From a virus (Duplodnaviria > Caudoviricetes): a stretch of 64,000 bases of DNA. Positions 19,101 through 28,163 of the stretch are shown one piece after another. The DNA lies in the IMG/VR virus record IMGVR_UViG_3300011429_000087, positions 32,001-96,000 of that record; one strand, 5' to 3'. The notes under the pieces were generated by a model. The model worked only from the letters and a program-made list of their open reading frames with translations, ran no database searches and was not told where the DNA came from. How positions within the stretch are numbered: position 1 is the first letter of the stretch; each line of letters starts with the position of its first letter. The position numbers and the translations under genes were made by a program.

Positions 19101-22100
19101 TGGCAAGTTCAGAGTTTATTACAGTTAGTGGGTCAATAGTTCCTATGAATGGAATTGCTTGGCCCTCTGGATTATTTCCTTCGGGCGTCCCGGGACATGA
19201 CCTATCTGCATTTCTAGCATCTTTGAATGCCGGATTTGGTTTTAATCTTACGCCACATACATTTCAGATGGAATGGATTCCTACCGGAGATGCTGGATCT
19301 TTTCATGGAGCTTCAGGACAATTACCGCCGATCGGCAGCAATTTTGAACTTTATATTGGCGAGTTCTTTTTAAGAGGGTTTATTACCCATGCCGATTATA
19401 CAAGTAGTAAAGACGGTACAATTATTAATATCTCGGTAGAAGATTATCGCAAAATTTTACAGAAAGTTAAGATACATACGGAAGATTTGGGCGAAACCGT
19501 TCCATCAGGAGTTGTTTCTGTCGCACGGGCGTTTCGCAAGGTTAATGGCCTCTATAATATAGATGGTACGCCATCAGATCCTCTTGTAAAAGAATATATG
19601 AAGATTCTTGAGATCGGGGCCACATATTCTCAAATTCTTGCCGCCATCGACTATACATATAATGAGGGTCGGTCCTCTCTTCCTGTTTCAGAACTTCCTA
19701 GCAAAACCAAGTTACAGGCTAATCTCGGTCCAGACTTAGATAATCTTCGTTGGCAGTTTAACCTATCTACCGTTGACGAGGTGATGAGCCGAATTCTAGC
19801 AGATTCCGGTTTCGACTGGTATTGGAATATGAGTGCGGCCCAATTAGCCCTCATTAATAAAAAGAATATTTTTGATGTTACCGAAAGTGAAATTTTGGAT
19901 CTTGTTGGTTCGTTCGGTAGTGCCAGTGGACTAAATGAAACAGTACAAATTGGTTTCGGACAGGATATAGTTTCTGAACCAACTAGATTTAGATTGATGG
20001 GCGGACACCAAGAGGGAATTATCAATTCGGAACTTTTAAGCCCAATCGACGGCCTGGACACTTCGGCATTAGATGGTAAAATCGTCTTTAAGAAGGCGTG
20101 GGACCAATTAACTATTGGGTTCTATGATGCCGATGGCTTCTATCGTACTTATATCCCCTCTGAAAAAGAACTTCAACTTTCAATGGCCGGAATTGAACAG
20201 TGGTCATATTTCAAGAAGTTTCAAAACGCAAGTACGGTCGCATATCCTCCGGGTTTTGGTTTGGCGGCAGATGCCGGATCAATTGCGGCTCAGGATGGCT
20301 CATTCCAAAGTCGTCTCGATCCTTTGATGCCATTGGCTGGAGAAGCCACAAGTGCTGGACAGTCTGGAATTAGAATTATTTCAAACAGACGAGATCAGGA
20401 TCATAACTGGACGCTTGACTTTTTTAATCGAATCAGAAATCATGCATCTAGACATTATGGTAGAACCTATATTGCCAGTGGCATTATGTTCTCAAATGCT
20501 TCTGGAATGTTTAGGCCCGTAGAAGCAGCCTGGGCCAATGTAGAAAATCAAATTCATGGCGGCACCCTTTCTCCGTCTGGTTCTACCAGCGGCCTCTTCG
20601 TAGAGGATTATGAAATTAATAGAAGATTGGGACCAATTAGTCCATTCTTAACTGATGACTTTAGAATTGCGGCCCATTGCGTACTTCCTGAGAATACAGT
20701 ATATGGCCCATTAGGAGATGACGTACCGGCGTCATTTGCAAACTGGACTGAAGATGCTCCCCCATTTAATCCTTCTGGAGACGGCAGACATTATATTCCT
20801 GTACAGATAGCAATCGTCGGACAAAGAGTAATTGACCCACGCAGTGATGACTTATATTCATTTGAGAGATATCCTGAAGGGACATTATTGTGCCAATTAC
20901 CAATTAATGCTGGTCCTGATACTGGCCTAGTAACCGATTCGATTATTAAAAATCTCGAAACTCTAATTAGTACAAGAGATAGACTAAATGGATCTGGTGT
21001 CATTGATATCGTTGATCCTTCGATCATCTTAAATGTATATTCAGAATTAAGTGGAGTAGCAATTCCTGTTGAAGCAAGAACCCGCTATGGACAGTTATAT
21101 CCCACTACATGGATCTCTGGTGTTCTCAACCCACGTACACATGAGGAAGTACAACTAGATGATCAGTTCGTGCCTTGGGCATTCTCTCCGCAGGGCAGTA
21201 AAACATCGCTAGATATTATGACTGATAGGGCAATGTCTAGAGTCATTGGTAAAGTGGTTCGTAGTGACACTTCCAGATATGCAGATTTTACTCAGGTCGG
21301 ACTGCCACTATTATCATTTGACTCATTTGCCAATCAGCAAGTTAATGCGGACGGTCTTTATGGGGCGATCACGCACGGCGTCAGTGAATTAAATATTGGG
21401 TTTTCAATTGATGGATTTAATACTCGTTACAAGATTCAGTCTTACTTCCCCAAATTTGGCAAAGAAGCCCCACTTGGAGAGCGAGTTCGAGGAATATTAA
21501 ATGGCATTATTAATCCAATTGACTTTACATTCTTAAAGTTAGGAAATCAAAATCCGCCTCCGCCAAATAATCCATTTATTGACGCTCCTTCTAAGGATAT
21601 ACCGTTCTATTCAACTAGAGAAGAAAGAGCCGTTCGTGTTAGAATCACAGAAGTAAATGACATATTTACTCTTGCCAGTGCTGGCGAACCTTTACAAGAG
21701 AGATATAGGGGTATTGATGCTCATGGTTATAAGAAACCATACGCAAATTCATTCTCTTCTGACCTAGACCAAAAGCGTGGTGCGATCTGTATAGACGGTT
21801 TCTTAAATCTAGATGATTCAGCCATCTATCATACTGACGCATTTGAATTGCCCGGCGGAACTACTATCCTTCGATACTTCACCGGAGGTAGACCGTTTGG
21901 AAATGGAACAATCGTAACGGTTGAACAGATCAGTGCTGACGTTCCGGGCACCTACGACGTTACGATCTTTGATAATAATAATGCAGGTAGAGCGATTCTG
22001 GCCGTGCCGGTTCTTAATGGATCTGTAAATATTGGCGATAGAACAACATTATCTGTTCGTGGAGATGGCTCAGTAACAACTGGTCCAAATATCGGCGGTA

Positions 22101-22396
22101 TCTATATGAATGGTACTTCATTCGGGGCCGGTGTAATTCCCGTTGAGGTTATTTCTGTTATTTCACAAGGAACAATAGCTGCTACCGCAGAATGTAAGGA
22201 ATTAAATTCTAATGGAGTTCTTTCTGATAACGGTTCAACGTTTAGTGGTGTTATTCCTTTACCCTATAGACAATTCGCAACATCTGGCGACAGAGGATTC
22301 TTAGCGACGGCGACAGTTCCTGACGCCACCACCGGCAGCGGCGTCAGTGTTAATTTCGTTGAAATAGTAAAGCCAGCGTTCATTCGTTATAATTAA
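19100..22396 (+). CDS. Putative tail-tip/baseplate hub protein
   Basis: 1098 aa in the tail module. Hub-like segment (GFITHADY...INISVED...VDEVMSRILADSGFDWY). SG-rich. Confidence 0.55.
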   Translation: MASSEFITVSGSIVPMNGIAWPSGLFPSGVPGHDLSAFLASLNAGFGFNLTPHTFQMEWIPTGDAGSFHGASGQLPPIGSNFELYIGEFFLRGFITHADYTSSKDGTIINISVEDYRKILQKVKIHTEDLGETVPSGVVSVARAFRKVNGLYNIDGTPSDPLVKEYMKILEIGATYSQILAAIDYTYNEGRSSLPVSELPSKTKLQANLGPDLDNLRWQFNLSTVDEVMSRILADSGFDWYWNMSAAQLALINKKNIFDVTESEILDLVGSFGSASGLNETVQIGFGQDIVSEPTRFRLMGGHQEGIINSELLSPIDGLDTSALDGKIVFKKAWDQLTIGFYDADGFYRTYIPSEKELQLSMAGIEQWSYFKKFQNASTVAYPPGFGLAADAGSIAAQDGSFQSRLDPLMPLAGEATSAGQSGIRIISNRRDQDHNWTLDFFNRIRNHASRHYGRTYIASGIMFSNASGMFRPVEAAWANVENQIHGGTLSPSGSTSGLFVEDYEINRRLGPISPFLTDDFRIAAHCVLPENTVYGPLGDDVPASFANWTEDAPPFNPSGDGRHYIPVQIAIVGQRVIDPRSDDLYSFERYPEGTLLCQLPINAGPDTGLVTDSIIKNLETLISTRDRLNGSGVIDIVDPSIILNVYSELSGVAIPVEARTRYGQLYPTTWISGVLNPRTHEEVQLDDQFVPWAFSPQGSKTSLDIMTDRAMSRVIGKVVRSDTSRYADFTQVGLPLLSFDSFANQQVNADGLYGAITHGVSELNIGFSIDGFNTRYKIQSYFPKFGKEAPLGERVRGILNGIINPIDFTFLKLGNQNPPPPNNPFIDAPSKDIPFYSTREERAVRVRITEVNDIFTLASAGEPLQERYRGIDAHGYKKPYANSFSSDLDQKRGAICIDGFLNLDDSAIYHTDAFELPGGTTILRYFTGGRPFGNGTIVTVEQISADVPGTYDVTIFDNNNAGRAILAVPVLNGSVNIGDRTTLSVRGDGSVTTGPNIGGIYMNGTSFGAGVIPVEVISVISQGTIAATAECKELNSNGVLSDNGSTFSGVIPLPYRQFATSGDRGFLATATVPDATTGSGVSVNFVEIVKPAFIRYN

Positions 22397-22407
22397 ATGG
22401 ACTAAAA

Positions 22408-24333
22408 ATGACAGTCGCTTCTGGAACCATCCCCTACGCTTACGAAGGACCATATCCATTTAGAGTGCCAGATAACCACTCTATTGGATTTTCTGGTATT
22501 TTATTTGAACAGGCAATGACAGTACATACTGCCGAAATGTTTAGATTCGCCGGTTCTTCAGATGACCCGCCTGTTTTTCTTAAATATTTTACCTTTACTG
22601 GCCCTGCTGAAGACTTTACTCCACGACCAGATGGACACAATTTAGACGGTAGAGTCAATGGTGTCCCGGCTGGAGCGTTTTTCATTGATTATATTTTGGA
22701 TCTCAGAACGTCATTATCAATAGTAAATAGTTTCGCGACATTTGATCTTGCGGGCACACTGCCTGTATTTCTTAAGGATTGGTTGTTGTGGGCTGGTAGT
22801 ACAAGCGGAACGCAGGCCCATTTTACTAGAATACAATTTCCGCTAGGTTCTGATTCTGGCCCCATCTTTAGTGCTGATTTTAATGATCTTGGGGCTAGCG
22901 GTGTTCTTGCCGATATTGATCTTCGAGAAGTTTCATATCAGCCATATTCTAGAATGTCATCTACCAGAACAGTTTCATATCACTTGGCCTCAATTCAATT
23001 ATCTCCTATATTCCCAGGATTTATGTCAACCAATGGAGCGTTCGTCAATCTTAATTCCAGAGAACAGGCGTTATCATTTAGTTCACAGGGTATAACTAGA
23101 ACTTCTGCCGACTTCCAGGCTGGGGATATCATACTTGACGGAGATATGTTCTTCTCAGATACAGATTTCTGTCTTGTGCCGGGCACTGCCACACGAGATA
23201 ATTTAGAAGGTGTTATTACGCATAACGCATATAGTCCGCCATTATCTCTGCCAGGACGTATTTTCTTTGGCAATGCCAATAATACAGTTGATCCTCGGGC
23301 TAAAGCACTTCTAGCACCGCTTGCTCTATCACCTGGAGGTTATGGTATTGGAGCAATTAATAGTTTATCAACCCATCCTGGTCTTGTTGTGCCGTCTGGC
23401 ACATTAAGTTTCAAACCGGCCATTCCTTATGGTGGCGGACATGCCGGTAGCGGTTTCTACGTCTTTGACGAAACGGTATGGATTCAAGATGATGAAATTC
23501 TAAATCCGTCAGGAGCACGACTATTAAATCCATTAACACGTAGTCAATTCGTATGGTTCAGAATTGCAGATCAGACAAATGCGTTTGATGATTTAGGTGG
23601 CAATCACGCTTGGAGTACCCAAAATATGGTTGGTTTGATGGATAATGGCACAAACTACGTTAAGATGTCTACTATGTTAGCCACGGCTGATGCCGATAGG
23701 AAAATGGGATTTTTCTCATATGATAAATCTACTTTCGATCTTGTCTCGGTAGATCAGCCTGTTCAAGATTGGACTGTATTTACATCATCTATCTCTGTTC
23801 CTGGAGTCCTTGTTCATGCATCATGGAACGGCTCTCAATACTATGCTTATTCAAATAGCGGATCTGGCCCAGCTAGAAATATTTTCATATTTGACAGCGG
23901 GTTTATCTTAGCAGATTCTAAGTTTTACGGAGCCCATACTTTAACATGGATTCAGGGAAATATATTCACTGGTGGTGATTTCGGTGGTGTAGGAGACACC
24001 ATGTATGAATTAATTATTGATCCTGATACTGGCAATGATACGGTAACAGATACAGGTATAGCTTATACTGTTGATATTACTGTTGCAGCATGGCCCGCAA
24101 GTCATTCAAGTTTAGTAACAGAAATTTATCCACCTAAGAAAATTACAGGATCTCCACATTTCGCGGACGGTACTTGGATGCTAGCCGTAAATGCCGCAAA
24201 TGTTGTAGTTATGTTTAGAGGCGAATTATCTGGTAGTTCTATCGTCCCACAAGAGGGATTTATTATAAGTTCATTAAGTTCGGCCGCCCCCGCCCGAGTC
24301 GGCTACGAATTCGTACATGGAACATTCACTTAG
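22408..24333 (+). CDS. Putative tail-associated/receptor-binding protein
   Basis: 641 aa, beta-rich, at the end of the tail module. SG-rich. Confidence 0.5.
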   Translation: MTVASGTIPYAYEGPYPFRVPDNHSIGFSGILFEQAMTVHTAEMFRFAGSSDDPPVFLKYFTFTGPAEDFTPRPDGHNLDGRVNGVPAGAFFIDYILDLRTSLSIVNSFATFDLAGTLPVFLKDWLLWAGSTSGTQAHFTRIQFPLGSDSGPIFSADFNDLGASGVLADIDLREVSYQPYSRMSSTRTVSYHLASIQLSPIFPGFMSTNGAFVNLNSREQALSFSSQGITRTSADFQAGDIILDGDMFFSDTDFCLVPGTATRDNLEGVITHNAYSPPLSLPGRIFFGNANNTVDPRAKALLAPLALSPGGYGIGAINSLSTHPGLVVPSGTLSFKPAIPYGGGHAGSGFYVFDETVWIQDDEILNPSGARLLNPLTRSQFVWFRIADQTNAFDDLGGNHAWSTQNMVGLMDNGTNYVKMSTMLATADADRKMGFFSYDKSTFDLVSVDQPVQDWTVFTSSISVPGVLVHASWNGSQYYAYSNSGSGPARNIFIFDSGFILADSKFYGAHTLTWIQGNIFTGGDFGGVGDTMYELIIDPDTGNDTVTDTGIAYTVDITVAAWPASHSSLVTEIYPPKKITGSPHFADGTWMLAVNAANVVVMFRGELSGSSIVPQEGFIISSLSSAAPARVGYEFVHGTFT

Positions 24334-24344
24334 TGTATTAAATT
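24330..24344 (+). promoter_or_regulatory. Candidate late promoter motif TTAGTGTATTAAATT (copy 3)
   Basis: Exact repeat overlapping the TAG stop at 24331-24333. Confidence 0.65.
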
Positions 24345-24439
24345 AACGCTGGATGCCAGATGGCGTCTTATGGGACACAGCGTTCGGACTTTTACCGTCT
24401 GATAGCCAAGACTTATTATGTCTTGGCTATCATTTTTTT
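24345..24439 (+). ncRNA. Candidate ~95-nt structured small RNA or leader
   Basis: Bounded by the promoter motif and a terminator. Stems AACGCTG/CAGCGTT and GATGCC/GGCGTC, with alternative pairing CAGATGG/CCGTCTG. Confidence 0.35.
24400..24439 (+). terminator. Rho-independent terminator
   Basis: Perfect 13-bp stem TGATAGCCAAGAC/GTCTTGGCTATCA followed by T7. Confidence 0.85.
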
Positions 24440-24451
24440 GGTAGATTATGT

Positions 24452-25015
24452 ATGAATGTTTTAATTAATAAAACTTGTCTAGAATGTATAAATACATTTG
24501 AAACGATTGCTACTAATAGTAAAAAATCACGTAAACTATGTCGCGATTGTTATTTTCGTAAAAGACGAGAAGTCATGATAAAAACTAATAAAAATAGAGT
24601 GAAGAATAAATCTATTCAGTGTCAAAAATGTTTAAGTATATTTTTGGCAGCTAAAAAGAATGCTAAATGCTGTCCAACTTGTAGACAACAAAATGATAGT
24701 AGAAAGAGTCCTACATATTTAAAAAGTGAACATTATCGTTTAAAGTCTATTGAATGGAGTCATAATCACAGGGCCAGAGCAAAAGGTTCTCTATCTAAAT
24801 TTCATAAAAAGTATATTTCTCAATTACTTGCGGATTATAATCATCAGTGTGTTTATTGTGGATCTGATAAAAAATTAACTGTAGACCATTTAATTCCAAT
24901 AGTTAGGGGTGGCTCTAATGACTATAATAATTTAACGTTAGCCTGTTTATCTTGCAATTCGGCAAAACGAGACAAAATGCCATTAAACTTTCTTTGTTAT
25001 CGAATCTCAAAATAG
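24452..25015 (+). CDS. Free-standing HNH endonuclease with N-terminal Zn fingers
   Basis: CVYCG...TVDHLIPIVRGGSNDYNNLTLACLSCNSAK and several CxxC pairs. AT-rich. The 24353 start runs through the terminator, so ATG 24452 is preferred. Confidence 0.88.
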   Translation: MNVLINKTCLECINTFETIATNSKKSRKLCRDCYFRKRREVMIKTNKNRVKNKSIQCQKCLSIFLAAKKNAKCCPTCRQQNDSRKSPTYLKSEHYRLKSIEWSHNHRARAKGSLSKFHKKYISQLLADYNHQCVYCGSDKKLTVDHLIPIVRGGSNDYNNLTLACLSCNSAKRDKMPLNFLCYRISK

Positions 25016-25037
25016 TCGCAAGTTCTAGGAGTATAAT

Positions 25038-25694
25038 ATGGTTTCAGGAGTTCGTTTTACAGCTTGTTCTGGAGCTATGGGTGGTCAACCATCCAATAGA
25101 GCCTTTATTAACGCTCTTGAGATTTTTAATATGCAGCCCGGCGACACTACGTCGCCATTACGTTTAGGCTTCTTCGGTGCCGGGGGAGCCCCCAACGCGG
25201 CCGTGATCGTCGGAGAATATCAGGATCGTACCCACCGTACTAATCATAACGGGAGCGATCTAGGCGTCTTTATTAACCAGAAGTTCTCGTCTTCTACAGT
25301 GGCAATTATTTCTGGAGTAACCTTCCCGAATATGACGGATGTTCCGGGCAATTCAGGCACATTGTTATGCCGGTTCACGGAGCCGACCGCCCAACAGGTC
25401 CAAACTCAGAACGCCACATTCCGTGCCATTTCATTTAACTCATCTTCTGGTGTGCCAAATATTGATAGTATTCCTGCCAATATTAATATACAGGCTTTCG
25501 AAGTTAAGAATACAGTAGGAGGAACTGGTGACGGAAGCTGGACAGATATTACAAGTGGTAGTAATGCCCTTGCACTAGACGCACAGGCCGCCACCGCGAG
25601 CGTCCACGACTTTATCGTTGGCGTGTCTGCCTCACCAACAACCACTGGAACTAATCGAGATTTCGGCTTTATGTTAAGGCTAGAATATTTCTAA
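25038..25694 (+). CDS. Putative structural protein
   Basis: AGGAG RBS. Gly/Ser/Thr-rich beta protein with six SG motifs. Confidence 0.6.
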   Translation: MVSGVRFTACSGAMGGQPSNRAFINALEIFNMQPGDTTSPLRLGFFGAGGAPNAAVIVGEYQDRTHRTNHNGSDLGVFINQKFSSSTVAIISGVTFPNMTDVPGNSGTLLCRFTEPTAQQVQTQNATFRAISFNSSSGVPNIDSIPANINIQAFEVKNTVGGTGDGSWTDITSGSNALALDAQAATASVHDFIVGVSASPTTTGTNRDFGFMLRLEYF

Positions 25695-25760
25695 GATTTT
25701 CTTTGTCGTTCGCCCCCAAATTCAGGCATATTACTAAGCGAACTTGGAGGCATTATCTGT

Positions 25761-26231
25761 ATGGTGAATCTCTCATTTAGAGCAGATGGGAATTGTGTTG
25801 AATCTAATCGGTGGATTGCCAGTTTAAGTGATGGCTCAACCGTGTTTGAGGATCGGATTCCTAACGCACCTTCTGCATGGATTCGTCTACAGAACTATCT
25901 CAAGTCAGAGAAGCTCTACATTACACGCCTACGTCTTCAGGCGTATGGAGTCTTAGTTCAATTGCCACCGCTTCGTGATGAAAGCGGAGCTATTCAATTT
26001 GATGGTTATTGGTACTCCAAGCAACTGACCGCATTTTTGGACCCAAATCTGCCACAAGCTTTAGCCTACGGAATAGGCTTCATTAAGGGAGACTTTCTGT
26101 ATATTAAATGGATTCGACAAAATGGAGCAGTAGAAGACGAGGTTCGTGGGTATAATAAACAAACGGATTTAGCAGGAATATTAAATGGCGAAATTTCAGT
26201 CGATCACAACGGACTCAATCCAACACGATGA
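25761..26231 (+). CDS. Hypothetical protein
   Basis: GGAGG RBS. First gene of the replication block. Confidence 0.7.
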   Translation: MVNLSFRADGNCVESNRWIASLSDGSTVFEDRIPNAPSAWIRLQNYLKSEKLYITRLRLQAYGVLVQLPPLRDESGAIQFDGYWYSKQLTAFLDPNLPQALAYGIGFIKGDFLYIKWIRQNGAVEDEVRGYNKQTDLAGILNGEISVDHNGLNPTR

Positions 26232-26655
26232 ATTTAATATCATCACGGAACTTATTTTCTTAAATAAATTTGGCAACGTTGGTCCATTTCCTTGGCGTTC
26301 TCCGACGTATCGCACATTCTGGTCCTCAACGCTTGCTATTATTCGCAAGCTTCATAATGTCCACCAATTATCAGCCGATCAAATAGCATTCTATATTTAT
26401 AGGTGTGCTCCTAAAGAACTATCTCAGCAGGAGTTTGGCAAATGTGCCGTTGTAGCCAAAAAGCTATTCCTTAAATTTAATCTCCAAGAGCTGATTAATA
26501 GATATCGAGAAAAGTTTAAGTCGATTGAAATGACGGGACTAGAAACGGCATCATATGGTGATAGACTAAATCAAACTCTAATACCACAATCAAAAACATT
26601 ACTTGAATTATTAAAGGAACTCGAAAATGATCAAGCCGCAAACCGTCAAGGATAA
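26185..26655 (+). CDS. Hypothetical protein
   Basis: 156-aa ORF overlapping both neighbours, with an AGGA RBS. Confidence 0.65.
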   Translation: MAKFQSITTDSIQHDEFNIITELIFLNKFGNVGPFPWRSPTYRTFWSSTLAIIRKLHNVHQLSADQIAFYIYRCAPKELSQQEFGKCAVVAKKLFLKFNLQELINRYREKFKSIEMTGLETASYGDRLNQTLIPQSKTLLELLKELENDQAANRQG

Positions 26656-27766
26656 AAATCCTCCGGCAGCAACTTCAAATCCTTCTATGTTTAAAAAGGA
26701 AGTCGAAAAAGTCGAAGGAGCAAAGATTCTTGATTGTCGCGATGTGACGAATCCAGAACCTAATAGTACGGGTTCATTTAGTCTGGATTTTGATCTAGTA
26801 GTGCCAATTCCCGAAGGCCGTATCACGGAAATTTATGGCGGCGAAGGTGCTGGTAAATCAAGTCTTGCGTTAGAGATTATAGGACAAGCTCTAAAAAAGG
26901 GAAAGAAAGCACTCTATGTTAATATGGAGCGTAATCTGAATCGCTCTTTATTGGAAACAATTAGGAGCGTTAAGCCATTTATTAATTGGGAACCAGCAGC
27001 AACAGAATCAAGTTCAAAACTTTTAATTATGTCTGCTCCAGACGGAGAAACCGCACTTGAATTATGCCGCAAGTGGTGCATTACTAATCCGGGATCTGTT
27101 CTCGTATTAGATTCAATTGATGCGTGCGTGCCTGCGGCCATACTGGCGGGCGAGATTGGCGAAAGCCATATTGGTAATCACGCCAAGTTAATGTCTCAAG
27201 GCATCAGAGCACTTAATATTGCCGTAGAAGAAAATAAAGTTGCTTTCATATGTATTAATCAATGGCGAAGTAAGATGACATCTTACGGTGATCCGCGAAC
27301 CACGACTGGTGGCAATGCCATCGCGTATTACGCGACACAGCGAATCGAAGTGCAGAAACCCGGCAAGGCCGAAATGATTACTACGTCGGACGGTGTTATT
27401 TTGGGCTTTAACGTACGATATCGAGTTATTAAGAATAAGTGTGCTCCCCAAGGTCAAGAGGGCCAGTTGCCAATTCTTTTTTATAATGGCATCTATAGAG
27501 AACTAGAAATTATTAATATGTCTGCCAAGTTTGGATTAATCCAAATGGGTGGCAAAGGCGGCCAGCAAGTTCTTCTGCCCGTTTTAGATGCAGAAGGCAA
27601 AGAAACGGCCGATCATATTACGTGCAGTAAATTTAATGCCGCCCGTCGTCTTTTAAACATAGACAGGAAGCTATCAGATATTATGGCCGCGAAACTTATC
27701 GACTTCCTATCAAAGAGTTCTACAGCCACGAACGCGATTGAAACAGATGAAATTTCTGAGTCTTAA
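26627..27766 (+). CDS. recA: RecA/UvsX-family recombinase
   Basis: STGSFSLD, GRITEIYGGEGAGKSS (Walker A), VLVLDSI (Walker B), FICINQWR, TTTGGNAIAYYATQRI, VIKNK. Confidence 0.95.
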   Translation: MIKPQTVKDKNPPAATSNPSMFKKEVEKVEGAKILDCRDVTNPEPNSTGSFSLDFDLVVPIPEGRITEIYGGEGAGKSSLALEIIGQALKKGKKALYVNMERNLNRSLLETIRSVKPFINWEPAATESSSKLLIMSAPDGETALELCRKWCITNPGSVLVLDSIDACVPAAILAGEIGESHIGNHAKLMSQGIRALNIAVEENKVAFICINQWRSKMTSYGDPRTTTGGNAIAYYATQRIEVQKPGKAEMITTSDGVILGFNVRYRVIKNKCAPQGQEGQLPILFYNGIYRELEIINMSAKFGLIQMGGKGGQQVLLPVLDAEGKETADHITCSKFNAARRLLNIDRKLSDIMAAKLIDFLSKSSTATNAIETDEISES

Positions 27767-28163
27767 TGGCCGTGAAATAAACTGCGAGGTATCACAGCAA
27801 CGATATCCGCAACGCACCAAAGAGAATTGTCGCTCGGAAGGACAATATCACTTAGGGCAACAACTCCGCCACCTTTATAAGGGTGCGGTCATCCTTGAAG
27901 AATTCACCATCCCGGGATCTAAACTATCCCTAGACTTCTTTATCCCTTCATTTAAAGCGGCTTTTGAATTTCAAGGCAATCAGCACGACGGCTTTAATCA
28001 CTTCTTCCACAAAGATAAAAACGATTTCGTTAAGCAGTCTCAGCGTGACCAGAATAAAAAGGACTGGTGCAAGCTGAACGCAATTAAGTTAATTGAAATT
28101 CGTAATTCAAAAATAACTTTTGAAGAATTAAAAGCTGCAATATTGGAGATTATTAATGGCTAA
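27747..28163 (+). CDS. DUF559/Vsr-like PD-(D/E)XK endonuclease
   Basis: SEGQ...LSLDFFIP..AFEFQGNQH...RDQNKKDWCKLNAIKLIEI. Confidence 0.75.
   Translation: MKFLSLNGREINCEVSQQRYPQRTKENCRSEGQYHLGQQLRHLYKGAVILEEFTIPGSKLSLDFFIPSFKAAFEFQGNQHDGFNHFFHKDKNDFVKQSQRDQNKKDWCKLNAIKLIEIRNSKITFEELKAAILEIING

Noticed and set aside
24353-24451. N-terminal extension of the HNH ORF
   Set aside because: It runs through the structured RNA and terminator and differs in composition. ATG 24452 is more plausible.
24345-25015. IscB/omegaRNA (HEARO), or a known riboswitch or ribozyme
   Set aside because: The protein lacks RuvC and PLMP, the RNA is short, and no hammerhead or fluoride-riboswitch consensus could be matched by eye.
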